The position numbers and the translations under genes were made by a program. Below the pieces are notes generated by a model. It made no database searches and was not told where the DNA came from. It worked only from the letters and a program-made list of their open reading frames with translations. From an uncultured delta proteobacterium (GTDB taxonomy: Bacteria; Myxococcota; Myxococcia; Myxococcales; Myxococcaceae): DNA of 64,000 nt. Location: assembly GCA_963776345.1 (NCBI GenBank), contig CAVZMH010000024.1, forward strand, positions 89,579 to 153,578, read 5' to 3'. Of this stretch, positions 52,904-64,000 are shown in pieces. Position 1 is the first letter of the stretch, and every line of letters starts with the position of its first letter.

Positions 52904-53662
52904 TCACCGACTGCGCGCGCTGCCGGCGGCGAGGCCCACCAGCTCGGCGCGCGAGGCGACGCCCACCTTGCGGAACAGCCTCGCCAGCTGGTTCCGCACG
53001 GTGAGCGGCGAGGTCCCCAGGACCAGGCCGATCTGCCGGTTGCTGTAGCCCCGCTGCAGGTACTCGAAGATCTCCGCCTCGCGCGGACTGAGGGTGGCTC
53101 CGAGCGAGTCGGCCAGGTCGGCCGCGTGAGAGTCCGCCAGCGTGAGCACCGGGAGCGCCAGCCGCAGGAGCTCCAGCTCCACGCCCCGGAAGGCAGGCAC
53201 CAGCTCCCGGCCCAGCACCACCGCCGACGTGTCGTCCGACAGCCAGCCGATGCAGAGCGCCGCCACCCGCCGATCGAGCTGGAGGAGTCGCACCAGCGGG
53301 GTGTCGGTGACCGCGCCTGCGAGCTGGAGCACGCCCTCCTCGGCCCGCGGTCGCAGGGCCCGCAGCTCGACCCAGGAGGCCCGGACGTGACGGGTCAGGA
53401 GCCGGACCATCGCCGGGGTGGCGCCGAGCGCCGCCGGGTCGGAACGGCCGGCAGGAGGCGAGGCGATGAAGGCGAAGTCGAACGGGACCGCCTGCCGGAG
53501 AGCCTCCAGCGCCTCCAGCCGGAACCGTTGCCTGCCCTCTCCCACCGAGCCGGCGCGGGCCAGCTGCGAGAGCAGCCGGAGCCCTCCCACGCCGGACGGG
53601 TGAGGCGCCGGGCGCACAGCAGGAAGCTGCAGATCGTCCACGAGTCGCACGGCAGGAGACAT
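52904..53662 (-). CDS. LuxR-type HTH regulator, copy 2
   Basis: LSPREAEIFEYLQRGYSNRQIG..LGTS..TVRNQLARLFRKVGV; N-terminus similar to copy 1. Confidence 0.88.
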   Translation of the reverse strand: MSPAVRLVDDLQLPAVRPAPHPSGVGGLRLLSQLARAGSVGEGRQRFRLEALEALRQAVPFDFAFIASPPAGRSDPAALGATPAMVRLLTRHVRASWVELRALRPRAEEGVLQLAGAVTDTPLVRLLQLDRRVAALCIGWLSDDTSAVVLGRELVPAFRGVELELLRLALPVLTLADSHAADLADSLGATLSPREAEIFEYLQRGYSNRQIGLVLGTSPLTVRNQLARLFRKVGVASRAELVGLAAGSARSR

Positions 53663-53717
53663 CGCGCATCTGCGGGGGCCGTCGCTTGTACCGGACGGGC
53701 ACGCTGGGACCGGACGG

Positions 53718-54047
53718 TCAGGCGGCGCGATGCTCCGGCCGGGCGGAGAGCCCCTCGAGGCTCCGGGCGATGAGCGCCAGCGGCTCGGGCCTGGCGCGGT
53801 ACACCGTCCACCGCCCGCGCTTCTCCGACTCCACCACCCCCGCCTCCTTGAGGATGCGCAGGTGGTGCGAGACCAGGGCGTGTCCGACCCCCACCAGCAG
53901 CTCGAGGTCGCAGAGGCAGAGCCCACGCTCGCCGGACCGGACCGGCCCGGTGCGTGGCCCCTCCCAGCCGAGGAGCAGCTCCAGCATCCGGAGCCGCGTG
54001 GGCTCGGCCACCGCCTTCAACGTGCTCAGCAGCTCGCTCGCGCCCAT
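53718..54047 (-). CDS. ArsR/SmtB-family regulator, copy 2
   Basis: Near-identical to copy 1; LCLCDL, VSHHLRILKEAG. Confidence 0.9.
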   Translation of the reverse strand: MGASELLSTLKAVAEPTRLRMLELLLGWEGPRTGPVRSGERGLCLCDLELLVGVGHALVSHHLRILKEAGVVESEKRGRWTVYRARPEPLALIARSLEGLSARPEHRAA

Positions 54048-54064
54048 GGCCCGGTCCGCCGCCG

Positions 54065-54781
54065 TCACTTCAGTCCGGGGAACGGCTTGGTGAAGAAGCA
54101 GATCCCCACCCCGGGGTCCCCGGTCAGGTAATCCACCACCCACTGCTCCTTGGTGCAGGCGACGGCGTAGTCCGGGTTGATGCCCGAGCCCACCGGGCGG
54201 CCGTTCTCCGGATCGGCGAAGGGGTTGCAGTCCGCGTCGGTGACGCAGGTTCCGCCGGTCTGGGTCGGGGTGAGCGCCTGCGCCTGGTAGGTCGCGGTGC
54301 AGGCGCCGATCGTCACCTCGACCGTGGCCTCGAACTCCGACCCCTGGTAGCGCGCCCCGCTCAGGAAGCGCATGTCGTGCGCGTGGTAGGCGAGCGTCGG
54401 CTGCCCGATGCCGAAGGGGTCGGTGTCGGAGCGCATCTCGGTGACGTCGGGAATGGTGCAGATGCCGTCGACCGGCTCCTCGCTGAGCGTGCCCTGGCCG
54501 AGCACCGGATGGTCCGGGTCCCCACCCTCCGGCGGATACGGCATCAGGTCCGACTTCATGTAGATGGCCCGGTCGGTGTATCCGTCGAGCCGCCAGTTGT
54601 CTCCGAAGATGGGCGGGAGGATGGCGTCGCAGCCCGCGGGCGGGGTTCCCTGGAGCGTGAGCTTCATGGTGTAGCCGCCCAGAGGCGGCCGTTGGATGAG
54701 GCAGGGAGCGGGCGCCGCGTCCTGACAGCCGGCGAGCAGGGCCAGGAGACCGGCGGACACCACGGGTCGAAGCGAGTTCAT
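54065..54781 (-). CDS. mlpA: MlpA-like lipoprotein, copy 2
   Basis: Lipobox LLAGC; colinear with copy 1 including Cys positions; alternative start 54814. Confidence 0.75.
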   Translation of the reverse strand: MNSLRPVVSAGLLALLAGCQDAAPAPCLIQRPPLGGYTMKLTLQGTPPAGCDAILPPIFGDNWRLDGYTDRAIYMKSDLMPYPPEGGDPDHPVLGQGTLSEEPVDGICTIPDVTEMRSDTDPFGIGQPTLAYHAHDMRFLSGARYQGSEFEATVEVTIGACTATYQAQALTPTQTGGTCVTDADCNPFADPENGRPVGSGINPDYAVACTKEQWVVDYLTGDPGVGICFFTKPFPGLK

Positions 54782-54813
54782 GGTCGATCCTTCGCGGCTC
54801 GAATGGGTGGTCA

Positions 54814-57800
54814 TCAGAACGTGAACCTCGCTCCGAAGCGGACGGTGCGGACGGGCTGGTACTGCTGCGGCCGGCCCCAGTTGGGGTTGAGGTTGGCCGC
54901 GATGGGCTGCTGCGTCGGGTCGGGCAGGGAGACGACCCCCGGGGCGCCGTTGGCGTAGAAGGGCTTCGGCAGGCTGCCGTTGCCGGGGGCGAAGCTGCCG
55001 TCCGGGTTCTGGCGCCCGCCGTATTGCTTGGGCACCGTGCCCTGGGTGGCGCCGATGATCGGACCGACCGTGTCGAAGGTGTAGTTGTTGTCGACGGTGA
55101 CCGGCCGCTGCGAGTTGAAGACGTTGAATCCCTCGACGCTGACCGTGAACACCTTGTCCTTGCTCAGCCGGTAGTTCACGCCCAGCCGCGCGTCGAACGA
55201 GGTGACCCAGGGGAGCCGGCCACCCGAGCCGCGGGTCAGGATGTACGCCTCGCCGGGGCCGTACAGCACCTGCGCCCCGAGGTAGTTGATCGGCGGGCCC
55301 GAGGCGGCGTTGAACGAGAGCCCGATGGTCAGGCTGACCACCGGCGCGACGACGAACTCCTTCGCCACGTACAGCTTGACGTTGTGGGTGATGTCCGCGG
55401 CGAGCGGCCCGTCCTGGTTGAGGAGCAGCGATTTGAGATCGAACGTCGAGTTGAGGTTCGGGTCGAGCTGGTTGTTCTCCGGGCGGTAGAGGCCGTCGTA
55501 GTTCCCGCGGAGCTGGGTCCAGGTGTAGCTGAGCTGGGCCAGCCAGAGGTCGGAGAAGGTCTTCACGAAGCTCGCGGTGACCGCGTGGTAGGTGCGCTTG
55601 GCCTTGGGGAAGGTGTCGGCGATGCCCTCGCCGGGGTTACCGATGAAGTAGGTGTTCGCCTCGTCGTTGGACATGTCCTCCACCGTCCGGACGAGGTTGC
55701 GGTAGGTGTAGTTGAGGCCCACCCGGGCGTTGGGCAGCACCTCGTACTCGGCGCCGGCGACGATCTCGTCGTTGGCGGCGGACTTGAGGTTCGGATCCAC
55801 CGGGACCTGGTCGGCGGCGGTCACCCTCCAGTACTGGCTCGGGCGCACCGTGCTGGTCCGCCGGGTGTGGGCGTTGCAGTAGTCCACCCCGTTGGAGAGC
55901 GGGTTGCAGTTGTAGTCGTGCCAGCCCAGCAAGCCCGAGGCGACGGTGAGCTCGCGGTCGGCGATGTCCAGGGGGATCTGTTCGTAGTACCGCCCGTAGT
56001 TGGCGTAGATCTTCGAGCGACCGGCCTGCGTGGGATCCCAGATCAGCCCGATGCGGGGCGACAACTGGTCCTTGAGCGAGATCCGCACCACGCCGTCGGC
56101 GCCGGCGAGGGTCATCGCGTCGTAGCGGAGGCCGAGGTTGAGCGTGACCTTGTCCAGGATGCTCCAGCTGTCCTGGACGAACCCGCCGACGATCACCGAC
56201 TTGGACTTGGCGTTGTTGAGGTCGAGGAAGACCGGCTGGTCCGGCCCCGTCAGGTATCCGAAGTTGCGTGCGTCGAAGACCGCGTAGGGCTGGCTGCCCC
56301 GGGTCGGGCCGGGCACCGTGCTCTCCGGGACCTCGGTGTAGGCGTTCCGGCCGGTGTAGCCCTTGATGTGCTCGTAGTAGCCGAGGTTCCCGTCGATGCC
56401 GGCCTTGAGCACATGGTGGCCGAGTGCGCTGACGAGGAAGGTCAGCATCCCGCGCGCCTGGTACGAGTCCAGCACCAGCCGCTCGATGAAGCCCGGGCCC
56501 CCGGTGAACCAGCCGAGGACTCCGCACCGGGTGGTCGCGTCCGGGCCGCTGCAGGCTTGACGGACCGAGTCGGGCACCTGGTCGACGTCGGCGATGTTCC
56601 GCAGGATGCTCGGGTGGAGGATGTAGTTCGGCGTCCCGGCCAGCGCGCCCGTCTGACCGGTGTTCAGCCCGCTGTCGTCGCCCGGGAGGCCCTCGTCGAC
56701 CTGGTGGTGCCAGCCGACGCGCACGTCGAGCAGCAGCCGCTTGTCGAGGAAGGAGCTGTTGAGCTCGCCCACCACGTTGTACGAGCTGTCGTTGGTCTTG
56801 ATGTTGCCGGTGGCGTTGAACGTGCCCCCGCCGTACACCCCGGCGGCGTTCAGCCCGTTGCGCGCCTGCAGTCCTCCGGGGAGTCGGGTGGGGAAGGAGG
56901 CGCCGCCCCCGCCAGTGGTGGGCGTGCCGGTGACCGAGACGCTCAGCCGGTGGTCGGCGCTGGCGAGGAAGGTCAGCTTCCCGATGAAGTTGATCGACTT
57001 CTCGTCGCTGAAGCGGCGCTGCGCGCTGTTGGCGATGGGGGTGTAGACGATCTGCCCGGTGATCGGGTCGGCCACCGGGTTGCCGCTGGCGTCCACCTGG
57101 GCGGTGTTGAAGCTGCGGGTCCAGGAGAGCCGCTGGAACGAGGGCTGGACGCCGGCGAAGAACCACAGCCGGTCCTTCACGATGTACCCGCCGAGCGTCG
57201 CCCCGAAGTCGCCGATGTTGTAGAGGTCGTTGGTCACCGAGACCACGCCGGTCCCGCCCACCGCGTTGGACGCCGCGGCGCTCCCCGCCAGCGCCCCGGG
57301 CGTGAAGCTCCCCCAGATGGAGCCGTGGAACTCGTTCCCGCCCGACTTGGTGACCGCGCTCAGCGCGCCGCCCATCGTCCGGCCGTACTCGGGCATGTAG
57401 CCGCCGGTGATGACGTTCACCTCGTCGATGAACTCGATGGTCAGCGGGCTCCCGTTCACCCCGTAGGCGGTGTCGTTCACCGCCAGGCCGTCGATGAGGT
57501 AGCTGTTCTCCGGGCTCTGCGAGCCGCTGATGCTCACCCCGTAGGTGTCGTTGTTGGCCCCGGGCGCGGTGGCGGCCAGCGAGTCGAACGAGCGGTTCGC
57601 GCCGCCGATGCCGTTGGGCCTGGACACCGCGAGGTTCCGGATGAAGTCCTGGTTGATGGTGCTCCCCACCGTGCTCGAGCCCACGTCGATGACCGGCGCG
57701 GCGCCGATGACCGAGACGGTGGTCTCGCCGGCCGTCTCCGGGAGCAGCTCCACGTTGAGGCGCAGCGTCCGCTCCGCGGCCACGTCCACGCCGCCGCGGC

Positions 57801-58095
57801 TGAAGGGCCGGTAGGTCTCCTTCTCGAAGCGGAGGGTGTACGTGCCGGGCGGGAGCTGCGGAACCCGGTAGAGGCCGGAGGCGTCGGTGACCACCACCTG
57901 CTCGCCCTGCAGCGAGGGCGAGGTCGCGGTGACCACCACGTCCGCCACCGGGGCCCTGGTGCTGGCGTCCACCACGTTCCCGGTGAGCACCGATGCCCCG
58001 GACTGCGCGCGGGCGCCGGCGGAGACGACCAGCAGCAGCAGGGCGAGGCGCCGCCATTCGAGGCTCGGCACCAGACGTTCGATCGTTCGTTGCAA
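54814..58095 (-). CDS. oar: Oar-like TonB-dependent transporter, copy 2
   Basis: Same motifs as copy 1, terminal ARFTF; TTG start after GGGAGG. Confidence 0.88.
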   Translation of the reverse strand: MQRTIERLVPSLEWRRLALLLLVVSAGARAQSGASVLTGNVVDASTRAPVADVVVTATSPSLQGEQVVVTDASGLYRVPQLPPGTYTLRFEKETYRPFSRGGVDVAAERTLRLNVELLPETAGETTVSVIGAAPVIDVGSSTVGSTINQDFIRNLAVSRPNGIGGANRSFDSLAATAPGANNDTYGVSISGSQSPENSYLIDGLAVNDTAYGVNGSPLTIEFIDEVNVITGGYMPEYGRTMGGALSAVTKSGGNEFHGSIWGSFTPGALAGSAAASNAVGGTGVVSVTNDLYNIGDFGATLGGYIVKDRLWFFAGVQPSFQRLSWTRSFNTAQVDASGNPVADPITGQIVYTPIANSAQRRFSDEKSINFIGKLTFLASADHRLSVSVTGTPTTGGGGASFPTRLPGGLQARNGLNAAGVYGGGTFNATGNIKTNDSSYNVVGELNSSFLDKRLLLDVRVGWHHQVDEGLPGDDSGLNTGQTGALAGTPNYILHPSILRNIADVDQVPDSVRQACSGPDATTRCGVLGWFTGGPGFIERLVLDSYQARGMLTFLVSALGHHVLKAGIDGNLGYYEHIKGYTGRNAYTEVPESTVPGPTRGSQPYAVFDARNFGYLTGPDQPVFLDLNNAKSKSVIVGGFVQDSWSILDKVTLNLGLRYDAMTLAGADGVVRISLKDQLSPRIGLIWDPTQAGRSKIYANYGRYYEQIPLDIADRELTVASGLLGWHDYNCNPLSNGVDYCNAHTRRTSTVRPSQYWRVTAADQVPVDPNLKSAANDEIVAGAEYEVLPNARVGLNYTYRNLVRTVEDMSNDEANTYFIGNPGEGIADTFPKAKRTYHAVTASFVKTFSDLWLAQLSYTWTQLRGNYDGLYRPENNQLDPNLNSTFDLKSLLLNQDGPLAADITHNVKLYVAKEFVVAPVVSLTIGLSFNAASGPPINYLGAQVLYGPGEAYILTRGSGGRLPWVTSFDARLGVNYRLSKDKVFTVSVEGFNVFNSQRPVTVDNNYTFDTVGPIIGATQGTVPKQYGGRQNPDGSFAPGNGSLPKPFYANGAPGVVSLPDPTQQPIAANLNPNWGRPQQYQPVRTVRFGARFTF

Positions 58096-58238
58096 GAGGA
58101 CCCCTCCCGGGTTTCGCGGAGGAGCCCACAGTCGCAAGCGAGACCGGCGTTTCGCAGGATGGCGTTCGGCCCACGCCGGACGTGGTTCGAGCGTCCCTGC
58201 TCAGCCGGCAGCGTGGTTCGGGTGCACCAGGGGCGCGG

Positions 58239-60740
<2,502 letters not shown>

Positions 60741-60829
60741 CGGCGGAGCGACTCTACCCGCTCCAGGTCAACCGCCCTTCGGGGAATCGCCTCGGCAACC
60801 CGCCGCTCTCGGCTATCGTCACCGGATCC

Positions 60830-62206
60830 ATGGGGATGCGTGACGTCGTCATCCTGGCGATCGGACTGGTGCTGGGTCTGCTGGTTCTCGGCTGGCGGCG
60901 CGGACGACGTCTCCGGGCGCTGTTCGATTCGGTGCGTCAGGTGGATCTCGCTGCCCTGGCCGGCTATCGGCACGGCCGCGTCGAGGACGTCCCGCTCGCG
61001 AAGCGCGCGGTCACCCAGCGCGACGGTGGGGTGGAGGTCACCGTCGCTGTGCTGAGCGCCAAGGAGAGCCGGGCGCTCTTCGGCACCGACCTCGCCCGGA
61101 GCGGGATCCAGCCGGTGTGGATCGAGGTGAAGAACGAGGAGGAGGTGCCGTACTGGCTCCTGGCCGCCGGGCTCGACGCCGACTACTTCTCCGCCCGGGA
61201 GGCGGCGCACGTGCGGCACACCCGGTTCGCCCGGTCCGCCAACCGGCAGATGGACGAGTTCTTCGACCAGAGCCAGTTCCGCAGCCCCGTCCCGCCGGGG
61301 ACGAGGGGGGCGGGATTCGTCTTCACCAACCTGGACGAGGGCATCAAGCCGGTCGCGGTGGACCTGGTGGCTCCCCGGCACGGGGCGGTGAAGAGCTTCA
61401 CCTATTTCCTGCGGGTGCCGGGCCTGAAGACCGACGCCAGCCGCCGCGACGTCGACCGCCTGTACCCCCCGGAGTCCATCGTTCGCCTGGAGTCCGAGGC
61501 GGAGCTGCGCGCCGCCCTGGAGCGATTGCCGGGCTGGACCACCAACAAGAGCGAGAGTGCCCGCGGGGATCCACTGAACCTGGTCTTGATCGGCAAGCAG
61601 GACGACCTGTTCCCCGCCTTCCTGCGCCGGGCATGGCACCCCACCGAGGTGGTCTACCTGGGCTCCTCCTGGAGGACGCTGAAGTCCTTCCTGCTGGGCT
61701 CCCGCTACCGCTACTCGCCGGTGAGCCCGCTCTACACGCTGGGGCGGTTTCAGGACGTCGCCGCCCAGAAGGCACGGCAATCGATCCAACAGCGCAACCA
61801 CATCAGGCTCTGGCTCACCCCGCTCGAGTACCGGGGCAGGGCGGTGTGGCTGGGACAGATCAGCCGGGACATCGGCGTGCGCTGGACGCTGAAAACCTGG
61901 AACCTGACCACGCACAAGATCGACCCGGACGTGGACGAGGTGCGGCTCGGGCTGATCCAGGACCTGCTCTACTCCCAGGCGCTGGTGAAGTTCGGATTCG
62001 TGAAGGGGCCCGATCCCGCGCCGCCCACCAGGCCGCATCGCAACCTGACCGGCGATCCGTACTTCACCGACGGGCTGCGCGCGGTCCTGGTGTTCGAGCG
62101 GCGGCCGGTCGCGCTGGGGGAGACGGAGGTCTTCGAGTGGGAGAGGCCCGGGGGCGCGGCGATCGACGCGCAGGCTGCGACCGTTCGCCCCTCCGGTGCC
62201 AGCTGA
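60830..62206 (+). CDS. LssY C-terminal-domain protein
   Basis: GDPLNLV, YSPVSPLY..GRFQD, RNHIRLW, THKIDPDVD, GDPYFTDG. Confidence 0.82.
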   Translation: MGMRDVVILAIGLVLGLLVLGWRRGRRLRALFDSVRQVDLAALAGYRHGRVEDVPLAKRAVTQRDGGVEVTVAVLSAKESRALFGTDLARSGIQPVWIEVKNEEEVPYWLLAAGLDADYFSAREAAHVRHTRFARSANRQMDEFFDQSQFRSPVPPGTRGAGFVFTNLDEGIKPVAVDLVAPRHGAVKSFTYFLRVPGLKTDASRRDVDRLYPPESIVRLESEAELRAALERLPGWTTNKSESARGDPLNLVLIGKQDDLFPAFLRRAWHPTEVVYLGSSWRTLKSFLLGSRYRYSPVSPLYTLGRFQDVAAQKARQSIQQRNHIRLWLTPLEYRGRAVWLGQISRDIGVRWTLKTWNLTTHKIDPDVDEVRLGLIQDLLYSQALVKFGFVKGPDPAPPTRPHRNLTGDPYFTDGLRAVLVFERRPVALGETEVFEWERPGGAAIDAQAATVRPSGAS

Positions 62207-62216
62207 CCCGGGGGGC

Positions 62217-63380
62217 CTAGTGGCCGGGGCGCGTCACCGTCGCCAGGGACGGGGCGTCGAGGCTCGCCGCGATGGGGGCCACCGCCTCGCGGAACCGGGC
62301 GAGCAGGGTGGAGGGTACCGGCTCGCTGCGCGGGAACTTCTGGTTCAGCGGGTTCACGAACGCGCCGTTGCGCTTCATCGCGAAGTGCAGGTGCGGCCCG
62401 GTGGTGCGCCCGGTGTTCCCCGAGTAGCCGATGACCTGCTTCTGCGCCACGCGCCCGCCCGCATGGACGCCCGCGCCGAACGAGGACAGGTGCAGGTAGC
62501 AGGTCTCGAACCCGTTCCGGTGCCGGATGCAGACGGTGTTGCCGCCCGCACCGGTGTTGCCGACCACGGTGATGGCGCCGTCGGCGACGGACCACACCGG
62601 CGTGCCGACCGCGGCGGCGTAGTCCACTCCCTGGTGCGCCTTGAGGTACTCGAGCACCGGGTGGAAGCGCATCCCGAAGCGGCTGGTGACGTGCGCGAAC
62701 TTCAGCGGTGACTTGAGGAAGGCCTTCCGCGCCGAGGTGCCGTCCTCCTGGAAGTAGGACCACTCGCCGTCCGGGAGCTGCCAGCGAAAGACGCGCTTGG
62801 TCCCGACGCTCTCGCCCCGGTACTCCGCGGCGAGAACCTCGCCGTAGCGGAGGAGGCGTCCCTTGCTGAGCACCTTCTCCACCAGACAGCGGACGTGGTC
62901 GCCCTTGCGCACGTCGACGTAGAAGTCGATGTCCCAGGCGAACACGTCGGCCAGGGCCAGGGCGATGGTCGGGTCCTCCTTCGCCGCGACCGCGGCGTCG
63001 TACAGCGAGCTGGCCACCTCGAGCTCGACGCGGGAGACCTGCGTCTCCACCTCGATCTCGCGCTTGCTGGCGACGTAGCGCTCGCCGTCGCGGCGGACCT
63101 GCCACTCGTCGATGGGGCTCTGCCGGTAGTCGAAGTGGTCCAGCTCGCCGTCCCGGAGGACCAGCCGGAGCTGGTCGCCCACCCTCGACTTCCGGAAGTC
63201 GAACACGCCCTGGAGCGCGCCGATGACCCGGTCGGTCTGCACGCCGTCGAGCCCGGCCGAGCGCAGGGCCGTCGCCAGCACCTGGTTCCGCTCGATGCGG
63301 CGGTTGAGGATGCGGACCCGGGGGCTGGAGGGCGCGGCGGCGAGCAGCGCGACGGCGAGGGCCGGAGCGAGGACGGTCAT
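62217..63380 (-). CDS. M23-family peptidoglycan endopeptidase (MepM-like)
   Basis: HQGVDYAA, YLHLS, GNTGRTTGPHLHF. Confidence 0.93.
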   Translation of the reverse strand: MTVLAPALAVALLAAAPSSPRVRILNRRIERNQVLATALRSAGLDGVQTDRVIGALQGVFDFRKSRVGDQLRLVLRDGELDHFDYRQSPIDEWQVRRDGERYVASKREIEVETQVSRVELEVASSLYDAAVAAKEDPTIALALADVFAWDIDFYVDVRKGDHVRCLVEKVLSKGRLLRYGEVLAAEYRGESVGTKRVFRWQLPDGEWSYFQEDGTSARKAFLKSPLKFAHVTSRFGMRFHPVLEYLKAHQGVDYAAAVGTPVWSVADGAITVVGNTGAGGNTVCIRHRNGFETCYLHLSSFGAGVHAGGRVAQKQVIGYSGNTGRTTGPHLHFAMKRNGAFVNPLNQKFPRSEPVPSTLLARFREAVAPIAASLDAPSLATVTRPGH

Positions 63381-63486
63381 CGGGGCTGGAGCGAACTAGC
63401 CTATCAGGCCGTCCGGGCCCGCCAAGCCGACATCTGCGCACCCCCCCCGACGGCGGCTCGACGCTCTGGGCCAGGCGGCCTGCGGC

Positions 63487-63729
63487 TCACCAGCCCGGAG
63501 GAGCGCCGGTCCCGCCGCCCCCGCCCGTCCCGCCGCCGGTGCCGCCACCACCGTTGGTCCCGCCGCCCCCGATCGGCATCGGCGTCGGCGGGACCATCCC
63601 GCCGTCGGGGAGCAGCTGTTGCGTTCCGTTCCCCGGCGCCGCGCGGAGGGCGGTGTCGCCGCCGCACCCGCTGGCGGCGAGCGCTCCGCCGCCGAGCACG
63701 AGGACACCGAAGAGTCGTCGCAGATGCAT
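63487..63729 (-). CDS. Small Gly-rich lipoprotein ending in GW
   Basis: GGAGG RBS; MHLRRLFGVLVLGGGALAASGC lipobox; GGGGT repeats. Confidence 0.6.
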   Translation of the reverse strand: MHLRRLFGVLVLGGGALAASGCGGDTALRAAPGNGTQQLLPDGGMVPPTPMPIGGGGTNGGGGTGGGTGGGGGTGAPPGW

Positions 63730-63851
63730 GTACTGCCTCCTGGCCTCCATCGAGGCTCGGCAGGAAGACACCCGGACCAGACACCGTTGCAGTCGACGCC
63801 ACTCGCTGCGACGTGCGGCGCAGGCGCCGGCCGACGTGCCACGCTGGCGGG

Positions 63852-64000
63852 GTGACCGGCCATCACCCTCTGCACGCGGTCGCGGCGCTCGCCGCGCGAC
63901 TGTCGCGGCGCCGCGGCTTCCTCGCCCTCACCGTCGCGGTGCTCGGCCTCGGGCTCGGCGCCACGCTCACCGTCCTCGAGGTCGCCGACGCGCTCTTCTG
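63852..64000 (+). CDS. ABC transporter permease, MacB/ADOP-like N-terminus (3'-partial)
   Basis: RRRGFLALTVAVLGLGLGATLTVLEVADAL resembles MacB-type permease N-termini; open to the window edge. Confidence 0.6.
   Translation, partial: MTGHHPLHAVAALAARLSRRRGFLALTVAVLGLGLGATLTVLEVADALF

Overview
Very GC-rich chromosomal segment of a myxobacterium (Myxococcota), inferred from Oar/MlpA homologues, a MYXO-CTERM-like sorting tail and many lipoproteins. No rRNA, tRNA, CRISPR, integrase or transposase was recognised. Core content: end of an MCP gene, tatBC, a nine-gene pentose-phosphate operon (tkt-rpiB-tal-pgi-gnd-zwf-glk-pgl-rpe), a DEAD-box helicase, a sigma-32-family sigma factor, dnaE, cidA/lrgB, glgP and an M23 peptidase. 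Most notable: (1) a duplicated four-gene module Oar-type TonB-dependent transporter + MlpA lipoprotein + ArsR + LuxR-HTH regulator (47.3-58.1 kb), with diverged loops and a CxC/CxS difference between the ArsR copies; (2) PafBC/RecA-NDp-like promoter motifs (GTCRG...TAnnnT) before a small zinc-ribbon gene, an orphan N6-adenine methyltransferase and, weakly, dnaE; the first overlaps a Myxococcus-type LexA-like box and its gene is followed directly by a ~400-bp non-CRISPR tandem array; (3) an ADP-ribosylglycohydrolase C-terminal remnant beside a TetR module with a double palindromic operator. Several genes carry single-base frameshifts, mostly in homopolymers, which probably reflect long-read indel errors. 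All product calls come from recognising motifs by eye, not from database searches.
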